From NCBI RefSeq assembly GCF_009914755.1, contig NC_060940.1: a stretch of DNA of 64,000 nucleotides. One strand, given 5' to 3'. How positions within the stretch are numbered: the stretch's first letter is position 1; each line of letters starts with the position of its first letter. This document shows, in pieces, positions 45,664-58,793 of the stretch. Source of the stretch: the human T2T-CHM13v2.0 reference genome, Homo sapiens. The position numbers were made by a program, and so were the translations under genes. The notes beneath the pieces were generated by a model. That model made no database searches. It saw only the letters and a list, made by a program, of their open reading frames with translations, and had not been told where the DNA came from.

Positions 45664-46679
45664 TTACAATTTGTCATGTTTTTGCAGTGGCTGGTACTGG
45701 TTGTTCCTTTCCGTGTTTAGCGCTTCCTTCAGGAGCTCTTGTAGGGCAGGCCTCGTGGTGACAAAATCTGTCAGCATTTGCTTGTCTGTAAAGGATTTTA
45801 TTTCTCCTTCACTTATGAAGCTTAGTTTGGCTGGATATGAAATTCTGGGTTGAAAATTCTTTGCTTTAAGAATGTTGAATATTGGCCCCCACTCTCTTCT
45901 GGCTTGTAGAGTTTCTGCTGAGAGATCAGCTGTTAGTCTGATGGGTTTCCCTTTGTGGGTAACCCGACCTTTCTCTCTGGCTGCGCTTAACAGTTTTTCC
46001 TTCATTTCAACTTTGGTGAATCTGACAATTATGTGTCTTGGAGTTGCTCTTCTCGAGGAGAATCTTTTTGGTGTTCTCTGTATTTCCTGAATTTGAACGT
46101 TGGCCTGCCTTGCTAGATTGGGGAAGTTCTCCTGGATAATATCCTGCAGAGTGTTTCCCAACTTGGTTCCATTCTCCCCGTCACTTTCAGGTACACCAAT
46201 CAGACATAGATTTGGTCTTTTCACATAGTCCCATATTTCTTGGAGGCTTTGCTCGTTTCTTTTTACCCTTTTTTCTCTAAACTTCTCTTCTTGCTTCATT
46301 TCATTCATTTGATCTTCAATCACTGATACCGTTTCTTCCAGTTGATCGAATTGGCTACTGAAGCTTGTGCATTTGTCACGTAGTTCTCATGCCATGGTTT
46401 TCAGTGCCATCAGGTCATTTAAGACTTTTCTACACTGTTTATTCTAGTTAGCCATTCGTCTAATCTTTTTTCAAGGTTTTTAGCTTCTTTGCATTGGGTT
46501 CGAACTTCCTCCTTTAGCTTGGAGATGTTTGATTGTCTGAAGCCTTCTTCTCTCAACTCGTCAAAGTTATTCTCCGTCCAGCTTTGTTCCGTTGCTGGTG
46601 AGGAGCTGCGTTCCTTTGGAGGGGGGAGGTGCTGTGATTTTTAGAATTTTCAGCTTTTCTGCTCTGTTTTTTTCCCCAT
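45664..46679 (-). pseudogene. L1 ORF1p remnant, frameshifted
   Basis: Start ATGGGGAAAAAAAC at 46679. Only the C-terminal 219 aa (EQSLQEIWDYVKRPNL...YPAKLS) stay open. Confidence 0.9.
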
Positions 46680-47254
46680 CTTTGTGGTTTTATCTACCTT
46701 TGGTCTTTGATGATGGTGACGTACAGATGGGGTTTTGGTGTGGATGTCCTTTCTGTTTGTTAGTTTTCCTTCTAACAGTCAGGACCCTCAGCTGCAGGTC
46801 TGTTGGAATTTGCTGGAGGTCCACCCCAGACCCTGTTTGCCTGGGTATTAGCAGCAGAAGCTGCAGAACAGCGAATATTGCTGAACAGCACATGTTGCTG
46901 CCTGATCGTTCCCCTGGAAGCTTTGTCTCAGAGGGGTACCCAGCCATGTGAGGTGTCAGTCTGCCCCTACTGGGGGGTGCCTCCCAGTTAGGCTACTCGG
47001 GGGTCAGGGACCCACTTGAGGAGGCAGTCTATCTGTTCTCAGATCTCAAACTCGATGCTGGGAGAACCACTACTCTCTTCAAAGCTGTCAGACAGGGACA
47101 TTTTAGTCTGCAGAGGTTTCTGCTGCCTTTTGTTTGGCTATGCGCTGTCCCCAGAGATGGAGTCTACAGAGGCAGGCAGGCCTCCTTGAGCTGTGGTGGG
47201 CTCTACCCAGTTCAAGCTTCCTGGCTGCTTGGTTTACCTACTCAAGCCTCAGCA

Positions 47255-47437
47255 ATGGTGGGTGCCCCTCCCCCAGCCTTGCTGCCGCCTTGCAGTTTCA
47301 TCTCAGACGGCTGTGCTAGCAATGAGCGAGGCTCCATGGGCGTGGGGCCCTCTGAGCCAGGCGAGGGATATAATCTCCTGGTGTGCCATTTGCTAAGACC
47401 GTTGGAAAAGTGTAGTATTAGGGTGGGAATTACCTGA
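47255..47437 (+). other. L1 ORF0 homologue (antisense ORF in the 5'UTR), 60 aa, truncated
   Basis: MVGAPPPALLPPCSFISDGCASNERGSMGVGPSEPGEGYNLLVCHLLRPLEKCSIRVGIT* aligns to recalled ORF0 MAGAPPPASLPPCSLISDCCASNQRDSVGVGPSEPG... Confidence 0.75.
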
Positions 47438-47689
47438 TTTCCCAGGTGCCATCTGTCACCGCTTCCCTTGGCTAGGAAAGGGAATTCCCTGACTCCTTGC
47501 GCTTCCTGGGTGAGGCGATGCCTCACCCTGCTTTGGCTCACACTTGGTGGGCTGCACTCACTGGCTGATGAGCCCCAGTGAGATGAAGCCAGTACCTCAG
47601 TTGGAAATGCAGAAATCACCCGTCTTCTGTGTCGCTCACTCTGGGAGCTATAGACTGGAGCTGTTCCTATTTGGTCATCTTGGAACCCT

Positions 47690-47743
47690 GTTCCTTCCTT
47701 CCTTCCTTCCCTTCTTTCCTTCTTTCCTTCTTTCCTTTCTTTC

Positions 47744-47778
<35 letters not shown>

Positions 47779-47918
47779 CTCTCTCTCTCTCCTTCCTTCC
47801 TTCCTCTCTCTTTCCTTCTTTCTTTCTTTTTTCCCTTCATTCCCTTCCTTCCTTTCCTTCCCTCCCTTCCCTCTCTCTTCCCCTTCCCCTTCCCCCTTCC
47901 CTCTTCCTTCCTTCCTTC

Positions 47919-47965
<47 letters not shown>

Positions 47966-48028
47966 TCCCTCTCTCTCTCTGTCTCTCTCTCTCTTTCTTT
48001 CTTTCTTCCCTTCTTCCTTCCTTCCTTC
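47690..48028. repeat. ~340-bp polypyrimidine tract, (TTCC)n/(TTTC)n/(TC)n, the expanded tail of the adjacent Alu
   Basis: Almost entirely C/T on the plus strand. Confidence 0.95.
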
Positions 48029-48372
<344 letters not shown>

Positions 48373-49129
48373 TAATTGGAGGAAGACAAGAGTAGGTGAA
48401 GGTAGAGTAATTAGTAGGCATTAGTAGTCCCGGCAAATATTAAGATAGTTGGGATGGAGTGGGGACAATAAAAGTGGAAAGAAATAGACAGATCTGAGAA
48501 TATTTAGGGCCTCTAATCGACAGGACCTGGTGACTGATTGGATATGGAAGGCAAGGGAGAAGGAGGAATTTGAAATGACTCCTAAGTGTCTGATTTCCTT
48601 AGCTGGATGGATGATGATATAGTTTACTGAATTGGAGACTCTGGAAGATCAGGTGTAGAGCAGAGGGTATCAGTTAAAGTTCTTTATGATCCAAGTGATA
48701 GAAAATCTAACACAAATTAGCTTATACAGAAAGGGATTTAGTTGACTAAACTGGAAAAAATGTTATATTGGCATTAGGCATGGCATGTGGTCAAAGAATA
48801 TGACAGGAATCAATCTCTTTGCTCTGTTTCCCTTGGGTACCTTTGTCCACTTATGGAAACAAGATGACCATATACTCTACTCACTCCACCAAGTACAGAG
48901 AAAGGGCAAGGTCTTCTCTTTCTAGCAGCCCCAGCTAAGGCATCACTGTGAATTGCTTGGTTTGATTGGATTATATACTCACAGCCCAAGAGTCACCCTG
49001 GCCAGAGTAGTGGGTGAGAGTGGAGGAACCTCACAGAGACCAGGTTGGCCAAGAGTTGGAGGAATAAAGTCCTTAAAGGAAATTAGGATACTGCTGCTGT
49101 AAGAAACAGAAAAATTGATGCTGGGAAGG

Positions 49130-49525
49130 TGTATTAGTCTTTTCTCACACTGCTATGAAGAAATACCCAAGACTGGGTAATTTATAAAGAAAAGAGGTTT
49201 CATTGGCCCATGGTTCTGCAGGCTGTACAGTAAGCAAACACCTTCTGCTTCTGGGGAGGCCTCAGTAAACTTACAATCATGGTGGAAGGTGAAGGGGAAG
49301 TAGGGAAGTCTTACACAGCCAGAGCAGGAGAAAGAGGTGGGGGGGAAGTGCCACCCACTTTTAAACAACTAGGTCTTGTGATAACTCATTTACTAACATG
49401 AAAACGGCACCAATACAGAAATCTGTCCCCATGATCCAATCACCTTCCACCTGGCCCCACCTCCAACATTGGGGATTACAATTCGACATGAGATTTGGGC
49501 AGGGACACAGATCTAAACCCTATCA
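49130..49525 (-). mobile_element. MSTA/B-like MaLR solo LTR
   Basis: tgtattagtc...aaaccctatca with a perfect TSD gaagg. Confidence 0.9.
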
Positions 49526-50303
49526 GAAGGTACCCACAAGTTCCCATGACTAGTTCCTTAGTTGTGTTTTGAACATGATGTATTTGAGGTGCCTTTAAGA
49601 TATTCAAAATATGATGGACACTTGGGTTTAATCTCACTGGTGAGTTCTGGGCTGGAAATACACTTTGAGTGTAATTTGCATAAAGGTAGTATTTGAAACC
49701 GATGGAATGAATGAAATCAACTAGGGAGACGAATATACAGTGAGAAGATCAAAGAACCAAGGAAAAAGTGTGGAGGAATTCCAATATTGAATTGAAATTG
49801 AATTCTCCTTTACTTGAATTTTCAGGTAGCCAGAGAGGTAGGAAGAAATCCAGGAGGACTCATTTAACAAACACAGTAGCTGCATTCTTGGAATTTATTG
49901 ACTAATAACCACACTTGAAATAAAAAAACTGATAGTAATATAGACAGTTATAACACCATAAGTTAAGGTTGTGTTAGAGGTATGAACTCCCAGAGCATCC
50001 CACAGGAGCAGAGAGAAGAGGCTGACTAATTGTTCCTGGGGGAGAGAAAAGCATTATATGGGAAGTCTTGAAAGATGATTGAAATTTTGCCAGTTGGAGA
50101 AGAAAAAGCTGCAGATCCAAGTTGAACTTATATAGGAGACTCATGAAGGATTTGAGTCAGATCTATGAGAACTTCAGGAAATAGGCCAGGATGAATGTTG
50201 ACTAAGGGGGAAAAGTTGGAGTTATCACATAGGTCACCTTTGTGGGTGGCTGTTTATCTTAGGGCTTGTCTATGTCACTCCATCATTTCAAAAGCCATCT
50301 TGA

Positions 50304-50590
50304 GGCCACGCACGGTGGCTCGCACCTGTAATCCCAGCATTTTGGGAGGCCAAGGCGGATGGATCACCTTAGGTCAGGAGTTCAAGACCAGCCTGGGTAA
50401 CATGGCAAAACCCCGTCGCTACTAAAAGTACATAAATTAGCCGGGCATGGTGGCGGGCATCTGTAATTCCAGCTACCCGGAGGCTGAGGCGGGAGAATCA
50501 CTTGTACCTGGGAGGTGGAGGTTACAGTGAGCTGAGATCATGCCAGACTCTGTCTCAAAACAAAACAAAACAAAAACAAACAAACAAACA
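50304..50590 (+). mobile_element. AluS with a ~28-bp deletion near its 3' end
   Basis: gagatcatgcca^gactctgtctc; TSD aaaag(c/a)catcttga. Confidence 0.92.
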
Positions 50591-51125
50591 AAAAGACATC
50601 TTGAAGCTGACGTTGTATCCTGGATTTGTGTTTATCCTGGATTGGCTGGTTGGTTGAAATATTGATGGGCATTTTTGGCATTAGAAAGAGTAAATTTAAA
50701 AGGTTTCTATATGGTGAATATTGACTAGTTATTTTCTGTTACTGCCAAAGTGAAAACAAGAAGAAATATGATTGCATTTCAACAAAGATATTTTAAGATA
50801 AACATTAAGATGAGTTTTCTTTTCAGCGACATTTATTTTACTTGTCTGCATCAGCCTTCGAATTTATAGGCTTAGCCAGACAATGATAACAGCAGTCAAA
50901 GATAGAAAGGTTATACATTAAACAAGCAGACAAACAAAAACATAAATAAATAAAGTCAATAAGCTTATTGGGAATGGGTGAGCTGAAGAAGTCACAATTG
51001 AGGCAATTACCATAACATTTCCAACTAGTTAGTATCAAGTTTCTGGAATTTATGACTTAGGGACCTGATTAGCCAGAGGGCTTGGGTAGAGGCACACGTT
51101 CCAGGCATTCCTGGCAAAGGGTAGC

Positions 51126-51614
51126 TGTGATAGGCAGAATAATGTTTCCCAAAGTTGTCCACATCCTAATCCTGGGAAGCTGTGAGTGCGTTGGGCTATA
51201 TGACAAAGAAGGATTAGGTTGCAGATGGAATTAAGGTTGCCTGTCAGCTGACCTTAGAGGGGGATTTTCCTTGTGGGGCTAATTTAATCATAAGTGTTTT
51301 TTAAAGTAGAAGAGGGAGGCAGAAGAGAAAGTCAGAGTCAGAGAAATATTTGAAGATGCTACGCTGCTGGCTTCAAAGATGGAGGAGGGGGCCATGAGCC
51401 AAAGAATGCAGGCAGCCTCTAGAAGGTGGAAAAGGCAAGGAAGCAGGCTCTCCCCTAGTGCCCCCAGAAAGGGAGGCTCATCTCTGCCGACACCTGGATT
51501 TTAGCTCAGTAAGACTTTTGGACTTACCTTCAGAGTCACAAGACAATACACTTATGTTGTTTTAAGCCACTAAGTTTGTGGTAACACGGTACAGCAGCAA
51601 CAGGAAACTAAACA
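51126..51614 (+). mobile_element. MLT1D-like MaLR solo LTR
   Basis: tgtgataggcagaataatg...gcagatggaattaaggttgc...ggaaactaaaca; TSD gtagc/gtggc. Confidence 0.85.
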
Positions 51615-52133
51615 GTGGCCAAGATGGTCTAACAAATGATAGACTCATGCAGTAGGTTAGTTTATGGTATAGACAGAAGCTAGGTGGTAATAGGGGAGGC
51701 CAGGGACTCAAGATGTTATCATTACCTCTATTTTGTTAATTAAAAACGAAACGTTTTATTTTGGAGTAAATTTAGACTTTTAGAAAAGTTGCAAAAATAG
51801 TACAAAGAATTCATATGTACCCTTTGCATAGGTGGAAATAGGGAAGTTTTTTATTAACACATATAATGTAATAATAATCTGTGAGGCTCTTATTTCCTTT
51901 TTTTAGTTTATTACATTGACTGGGATGCATCCAGTATGATACATCCAGTATGATGCTGAACAGGACTGATAAGAGAGGACATCCTTTTCTTGAGCTTAAT
52001 GGGACAGCATTCAGTCTTTCATGACTACATATGATATTTCTTCTTTTTTTTTAATGTTCACATTGTGAATTGTATTGAATGACTTTCAAATGTTGAATCA
52101 GTATCCCTGGGATAAATCCCACTTGATTGTGAT

Positions 52134-52511
52134 TGATATGTTTGGCTGTGTCTCTACCCAAATCTCATCTTGAATTGTAGTTCCCATAATCCCTATGTGT
52201 CATTTGGAGGGACCCGGTGGGAGGTAATTAAATCATGGGGGTTGTTACCCCCATACCGCTGTTCTTGTGATAGTGAGTGAGTTCTCACGAGATCTGATGG
52301 TTTTTTGAGGGGCTTTCCCCCCTCCTTCACTCTGCACTTCTTGCTGCCACCATGTGAAGAAGGACATGATTGCTTCCACTTCTGCTATGATTTTAAGTTT
52401 CCTGAGGCCTTCTCAACCATGCAGAACCATGAGTCAATTAAACTTCTTTCCTTTATAAATTACCCAGGCTTGAGTATATCTTCATTAGCAGCCTGAGAAG
52501 GGACTAATACC
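52134..52511 (+). mobile_element. THE1D-like MaLR solo LTR inserted in old L1 sequence
   Basis: tgatatgtttggctgtgtc...cccaaatctcatcttgaattgtagttcccataat...ggactaatac; TSD gtgat. Confidence 0.88.
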
Positions 52512-53307
52512 GTGATATATGATCCTTTTTATATAGTGCTAGATTTGATTTGCTAGTATTATGTTGACTATTCTAGCTGACCGCTTTTCCCCAGTGTCCA
52601 TCCAGTTCCATCTACCCCAGGTAAGCTAGTAGTCACATCTCCGCTCTCCTTGAAGATATCTGTCTGACCTTGTATTTTGGACCAACTGATTGCCTTGAGA
52701 CCTCAGTTCTCCAATGTGTTTGAAAAAAGTAATGAATTTGCAATTGTCTTGTCTTGTTGTTTTGTTGCTGTTCTACGGGAGAGGGCAAAGCTCTGTCCAA
52801 GTATTTATATCCGTAAGTGGAAACTAGAGGCTCTGCAATTGTTTTTTCCACCATTGTTTGTCTGAGATAAGATCCAAATTAGATTTATACAACCTAACGG
52901 TTGATATGTCCCTTAAGTCTCTTTTGATCTATAGTTTCTCCCTGTTTTTCTCTCTTTTTGTCCCTCACCTTCTTTTCTCTGTATTGTTGTTGGAGATACC
53001 AGCATTTTCTATCTTAAAGTTTGCCACAGTCTGAATTTTACTGACTGTGTCCCTGTGGTATGGTTTAATATGGTTCTCTGTCCCCTGTGTTTCCTGTAAA
53101 TTGGTAGTTAGATCTTGAGACTTTATCAGAATCAGGTTCATTTTTTGATAATTTGTGATATAGATATTTCTTTAAGTGTGTGTGATGTTATCAGCCATCG
53201 ATGTTCAATGCCTAGCTCTATTAATTCATTAGGATGTGTTCATTCGCTGTCTTTGATGGATGAAGAAAATGAGGCTCAGAGAGGTTGAATTCCTTTCCTA
53301 AAATTCC

Positions 53308-53615
<308 letters not shown>

Positions 53616-53840
53616 TGAATTACTTTCCTAAGACAATACGGACTGTAAGGTTGTACCCAGGCCTGGAATCTGTGTCTTATAAACGCAAGCTCTATATCCA
53701 TTTATAAGCCTATTGACTTTCCAGACTTAGCATTATTAAGTCACAGCAAGATCAATGTTTCATCCCGAAGGACATGGGACACTCTCATCTCTTTTAGGAA
53801 GAGATGAATCTCTATGAATTCAGTTTTGCTTGGAGTGATT

Positions 53841-53895
53841 ATACCATACCATACCATACCATACCATACCATACCATACCATACCATACCATACC
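53841..53895. repeat. (ATACC)11 pentanucleotide microsatellite
   Basis: 11 perfect units read directly. Confidence 0.95.
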
Positions 53896-56019
53896 AAGTG
53901 ATTATTCAAAATATTTTCCCCTCAAGTTCTGCATTACATTTGTTCTTATGGATACAATTAAAGAATTATCCATTGCTAATTGCAGTGCCTGGAGTGGTAT
54001 CCAAACTCAACTCAGAATCCTGAGCACATTTGGGTTTCTGCTTGCCTCTTCAGTTCAACAGAAGAAAAAACAACAAAACAAACAGATGTAGAATAAATAC
54101 TACAAAGCAATTTGTTTTTTTTATATTGCATTCAAGACTTGCTACTAAAATTTCTCTTCTGAGAGAAGAAGAGACAGGGAGAGAGAGAGAGTGAGAGAGA
54201 GAGAATGTTGCAACTGTTTTTTATCTACTACCTAAATTTTTCATGAATTTGTATCTAAGATGACATAGTATCTCTCTTGGGGGCAAGAAATTTCATAAAT
54301 CATTGGTTAGAGTTAGTGTAAACAATTCAGGAGAAATGCATTTTCAACTCTAAAAAAAATAAATTTGTTATGTTCAAATAGGCCAAGGACAGACATCTCT
54401 CTTGACCTGACCTTTTATTTTTCAACACAAGTGGATGTACTTAGGTTGCCTTCCTGTATCATCTGACCTAAGAGTGTGACATTCCTGAGCTTATTTTCCA
54501 AAAGAGGTCAAGAACTTCCCACCCTGTGAATATTTTCTTGGAAGCTTGGAGTTTATGAAATCAGTAATATAAAGATTATTATTGAAACACCTTCTAATCT
54601 ATTTCAAACACAACTTATACAGTGAGGGAGGATGAATATGGCTTTACCTTTTAACCACAAAGCTCTGGGATTCCCAAGCAGAGAAAAGGCCCGGCTTCTC
54701 TACTTCCTCCTAGGAAGATTCAGGAACTCTTAGGTGAGATTGGAACTTTTTGACCTGAATGGAACTTTTTGGTTCTGCTGGACACTAGGAGAAAATCAGG
54801 CAGAAATCTAAAAATCCTATCAAACTTTGGAAACAGTCTCAAAGGGCCAGGACGAGGACCAGGGTTGACAGACATAGATTAGGAATTATATTTGGAGTAT
54901 TAAGGTAGTGTGGAGTCTCAGCAATTATCTGGTCCAACACATTTTGAATGCTGACTTATACAAAGTTGCAAAATTGTCAATGGCCAAGCAGAGATTGGAG
55001 TCTGTTCTGCTAAGCTGTTCCTTGAACTTCTCTCCCCCTGGCATCTGAATTCAGAAGAACTGGGCATGGTTTCTGGCTCTAAAGTTCACTGTATTGGTGA
55101 CCTTGGGTAAATCACACTGACTGTCACTGGACCTCATTTCCCCCATCTGAAGAATGCAGATGATTGCGATTCAGGTTGTAGTGGATTAAATGGGGGTAAT
55201 GTGTGTGGAAGCCTTCATAAACTAGAAAGCACATGGAAAAGTTATTAGAGCTATGCAATTGGACTGACTCTGGTTAGATCCACTGACATTCCCCAGGAAA
55301 TTTGACACTAGATCAAGACTTCCTCTCTTCCCAAAAACCTTGGGTGTGAATCCAAAGCCCATTAATATCTTGGGAATAAGGAGCAGCAGGTTGGTCAGTT
55401 CAGTAAGATCATCCTAACAGGCTCATGTATAGTCTGGAAGGAGCCTGACTCTTGGGAGTCACCAGTAGGACTGTGTGGGTGTCTTTCAGTATTCTCTTTC
55501 TACTTCTGCTGCAGCTGCAAAAACATACAGTTCATAAATTTCTCTAATGCCTATAGGAGCCCTCACTAGGGATCTTTGGAAAGAGTAATCTTCACATTTA
55601 AAAGTATTTTCTCATTATGGATAATGGGATGATGAGGTGAAAAATGATCTTAGCTACTTATGATTCTAAAAAGCCTTCAGATGGAATAACCTATGGAGAA
55701 TTAGACATAATGGCAGCAAAGAAATAACTCACTTACTACAAGGTCCACTTACTTATTTAATCACTGTTACTGTCATACAAATATGTATTCCGTACAAAGT
55801 GATGAAAAGTTAGTAGTGGCATAAAATGCAGTTGTGGAAGGACAACTTAGCAAATGCAGACATAAACACACATATATATTTACATGTGTATATCATTTTT
55901 GTTTTGGAATAAGTTTTGATTTACATTTAAGTTGCAAAGATAGTGCAGAGAGTTCCTGTGTACCCTTCTCCCAGGTTGTCCTAATGTTAACATGTTACAT
56001 AACCAAAAGACAAAGTTAT

Positions 56020-57000
56020 CTGATGACCTAAAGAAAAAAAAATTAAGAACATTGAAGACCAATTAACAAAGTTTGTGCTGAAATTAAGGTCATTCTAAGT
56101 GGAGAGATTGGGATAAATATTTTCAACATATGTAACAGAAAACGTATTAATACCCAATAATGAAACTTCTATGAATTAGTTGCTGTAAATGGCAAACACC
56201 CAAATAAAAATGTGCAGAAAAAGAAAGATTGGGTAATTTGCAAAGGAATGAAAAAGCAATGTCCAAAATATTTAAGGAAATAAGGTCATCTGAAGTTGTA
56301 ATTAGTAACATAAAAAATAAGATTATCATTCCTTAGAATGTCAAAAATCAAAAAGCTTGATAATACCAGATCTTCACAACAATGCAGTGAAATACACATT
56401 CTCATATGTTGTTGGTGGAAGCATGAGTTGTTCAAGCCTGTTGGGAAGGCACTTCGTTAATATAAATCAGATTTTAAGGTTCACATAGTTTTTGACTTAA
56501 CAATCCATTTCTAGGAGATTTTTTAACCAAAAACCCTCAAGCACATGTTTTATAAAAATCTATGTACAAGGAAGTTCGTGTTAGCATTAGTTATAAAAGT
56601 AAAAAACTGGAGGCAACATGCACGTCAATAACTGAGGGTGTAGTGAATACATTATCGTATACATTTTCTGTGCAAAGCTACATAGTCATTATAAAGAATG
56701 AGGTATAGCTGTGTGTTCAGATGTGGGATGATCTCTGAGATGTGTCACTATGAAGTGGAGAAAGCAAGTCACAGAACTGATAGGAGAGCCGGCTTCCTTT
56801 TGTGTTTAAAAAAAAGAAAGTGTGTGTTCATATATGTAAAGATCCATGTATAAATCCATGCAGCAATGGAGAGTACCCACCAAAGAACAGGGAAAGGGCC
56901 CACTCATGTTTTAAATTGTGTATTTTTGGATGTTTGAATCTTTTACAATCTGAATATTATCTATATGCTATTTATACAATTCAAATTTAAATAAGAAAAA
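56020..57000 (+). mobile_element. Old L1 (L1ME-like) 3' region
   Basis: ttgataatacc...ctcatatgttgttggtggaag...caatccatttctagga...atgtacaaggaagttc...aaaactggaggcaac. Confidence 0.6.
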
Positions 57001-58151
57001 GAATAAGAATTTTCTCTGTTATTGTCCTTTTACTCTTAAGAATATAAAACAATACTTATGTATTTGCAATGAAAACTGGGGATTTAGAGAGAGTGAAGTC
57101 GCCCGAGTATGTCTCCTGACAAAAGGCATCTCTCGATACTGGCTCACATGTCCAGATAGGTCAAGCTACCTTTTGGAAGCCCAGTTCTCTTCAGCAATTT
57201 CTTCCATTTTGGTGGGTACTTTCTAACGCGCTTCCCAACCCTGGGCCATAGCTAAGGGCCCTTCTGTTTCCCCGCACAGGCTGGCTGTTGGCAGCCTTTG
57301 CTCAAAGGCAGACTGACGTCCTAATCAGAGTGCTTTGCCGGTAGCACCGGCATTTCAGAAACACTGACAACCGCGGCGGAAGCAGCAGATAAACAGCATA
57401 TCACCCGCTAGAGTGGGCCTTGCTGTTTCTCAGATTAAATGGAAACATATGCCCAATTGTGAATTTTAAACAGCGTTATCAGACTGTTTGACAGCTCATC
57501 CAGTAATATAATAAGGTTCCACTGAGAAGGTGGAAGCTGTAATTCAAATTTCAGAATTTCCTTTTATATATCGGTAGATGAGAGGGTTGTGGGTATGGTT
57601 TCCATGTACCTGGGGCTGGTGTGTGTATGCACGCATTCAGATGCTTACATATGTGCGTATGTGACCGTCCTAATTTAAAATATTTTATGCTGTTTTCTTT
57701 GTCAACCACCAACATATTCCCCAACGATAAAATTCTTATGTCTAAGCCACATTTCCAAGGGGTCAGAGGGTGGGTGGGTATACAGGAGGGGGGATGGAAA
57801 ACAAATTCTGGCTGGGGTTATGCTGTTTAACGATTTATAATTTCTATTCTAACTGTGTACCATCCATTCGCACAATAAGTATATTTTCTTTGTTAAGAAA
57901 AACTCAGAAAGAAGTACAGCAGATTACCAAATATAGAAAGCAACTTAAGTATTCATCTTTCATAAAACTTGTTTTGGTAAATGGTTTCATTCTGAGAATC
58001 TTTTATATTTTAATTTTAAAACAATTGAAAATAACTGATGTGTTTATGGCCTTCGTTTGTATTCTTGAAAGGAATATCTCGGATCATCAAAATGTTGCCA
58101 ACTTCTACATCATGTGCCAGATGTGTGGGGCTGAGACAACTGTAAAGAAGT

Positions 58152-58793
58152 AGTGTGTGGTGTGTGAGGTGTATGAATGTGGTTTGTGTGTGTGATGTGT
58201 GTGTGTGGTGTGTGTGATGTGGTGTGTGGGGTGTGTGGCGTGGTGTGTGTGCTGTGTGTATGGTGTGGTGTGTGTGCTGTGTGATTCGTGGTGTGTGTGC
58301 TGTGGTTCATAGTGTTTGTGTGTGGGTATGTGATTGTGTGTGGTGTGTGAATGTGTGGTGTGTGTGTACGATGTGTGTTGTGTGGTGTGTGTGTGGTGTG
58401 GTGTGTGGTGTGTGTGTGGTGTGGTGTGTGTGGTGTGTGTATGGTGTGTGTGTGTGCTGTGCATGGTGTGTGTGTGGTGTGTGGCATATGCGTATGATGT
58501 GTGTGGTGTGAGTGTATGATGTGTATGTGGTGTGTGGGGTGTGTGTGGCGTGTGCATGGTGTGTGTGGTGTGTGAGTGTGCGGTGTGGCATGTGTGGTTT
58601 CTGTATGTGGTGTGGGGTGTGTGTGGTGTGTGTGTGATGTGGTGTGTGTGTATGATGTGTGTGTGTGTTGTATGGTGTGTGTATGATGTGTGTGTGGTAT
58701 GGTGTGTGTGCAGTGTGTGTGGTATGTGTGTGTGGTGTGTGTGGTGTGTGGTGTGTATATGATGTATGTGTGTGTGTAGGGTGTGAGTGTGTG
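58152..58793. repeat. ~640-bp complex GT-rich tandem repeat, (GT)n/(GTG)/(GTGTG) mosaic
   Basis: Read directly; it is the source of the His/Thr- and Cys/Val-rich ORFs. Confidence 0.95.

Noticed and set aside
51928-51955. Short tandem duplications (catccagtatgat x2; also ~36873, ~54740, ~61747)
   Set aside because: Ordinary 10-20 bp slippage duplications expected at background frequency.
53804-54091. ORFs with PYHTI repeats
   Set aside because: Translation of the (ATACC)11 microsatellite.
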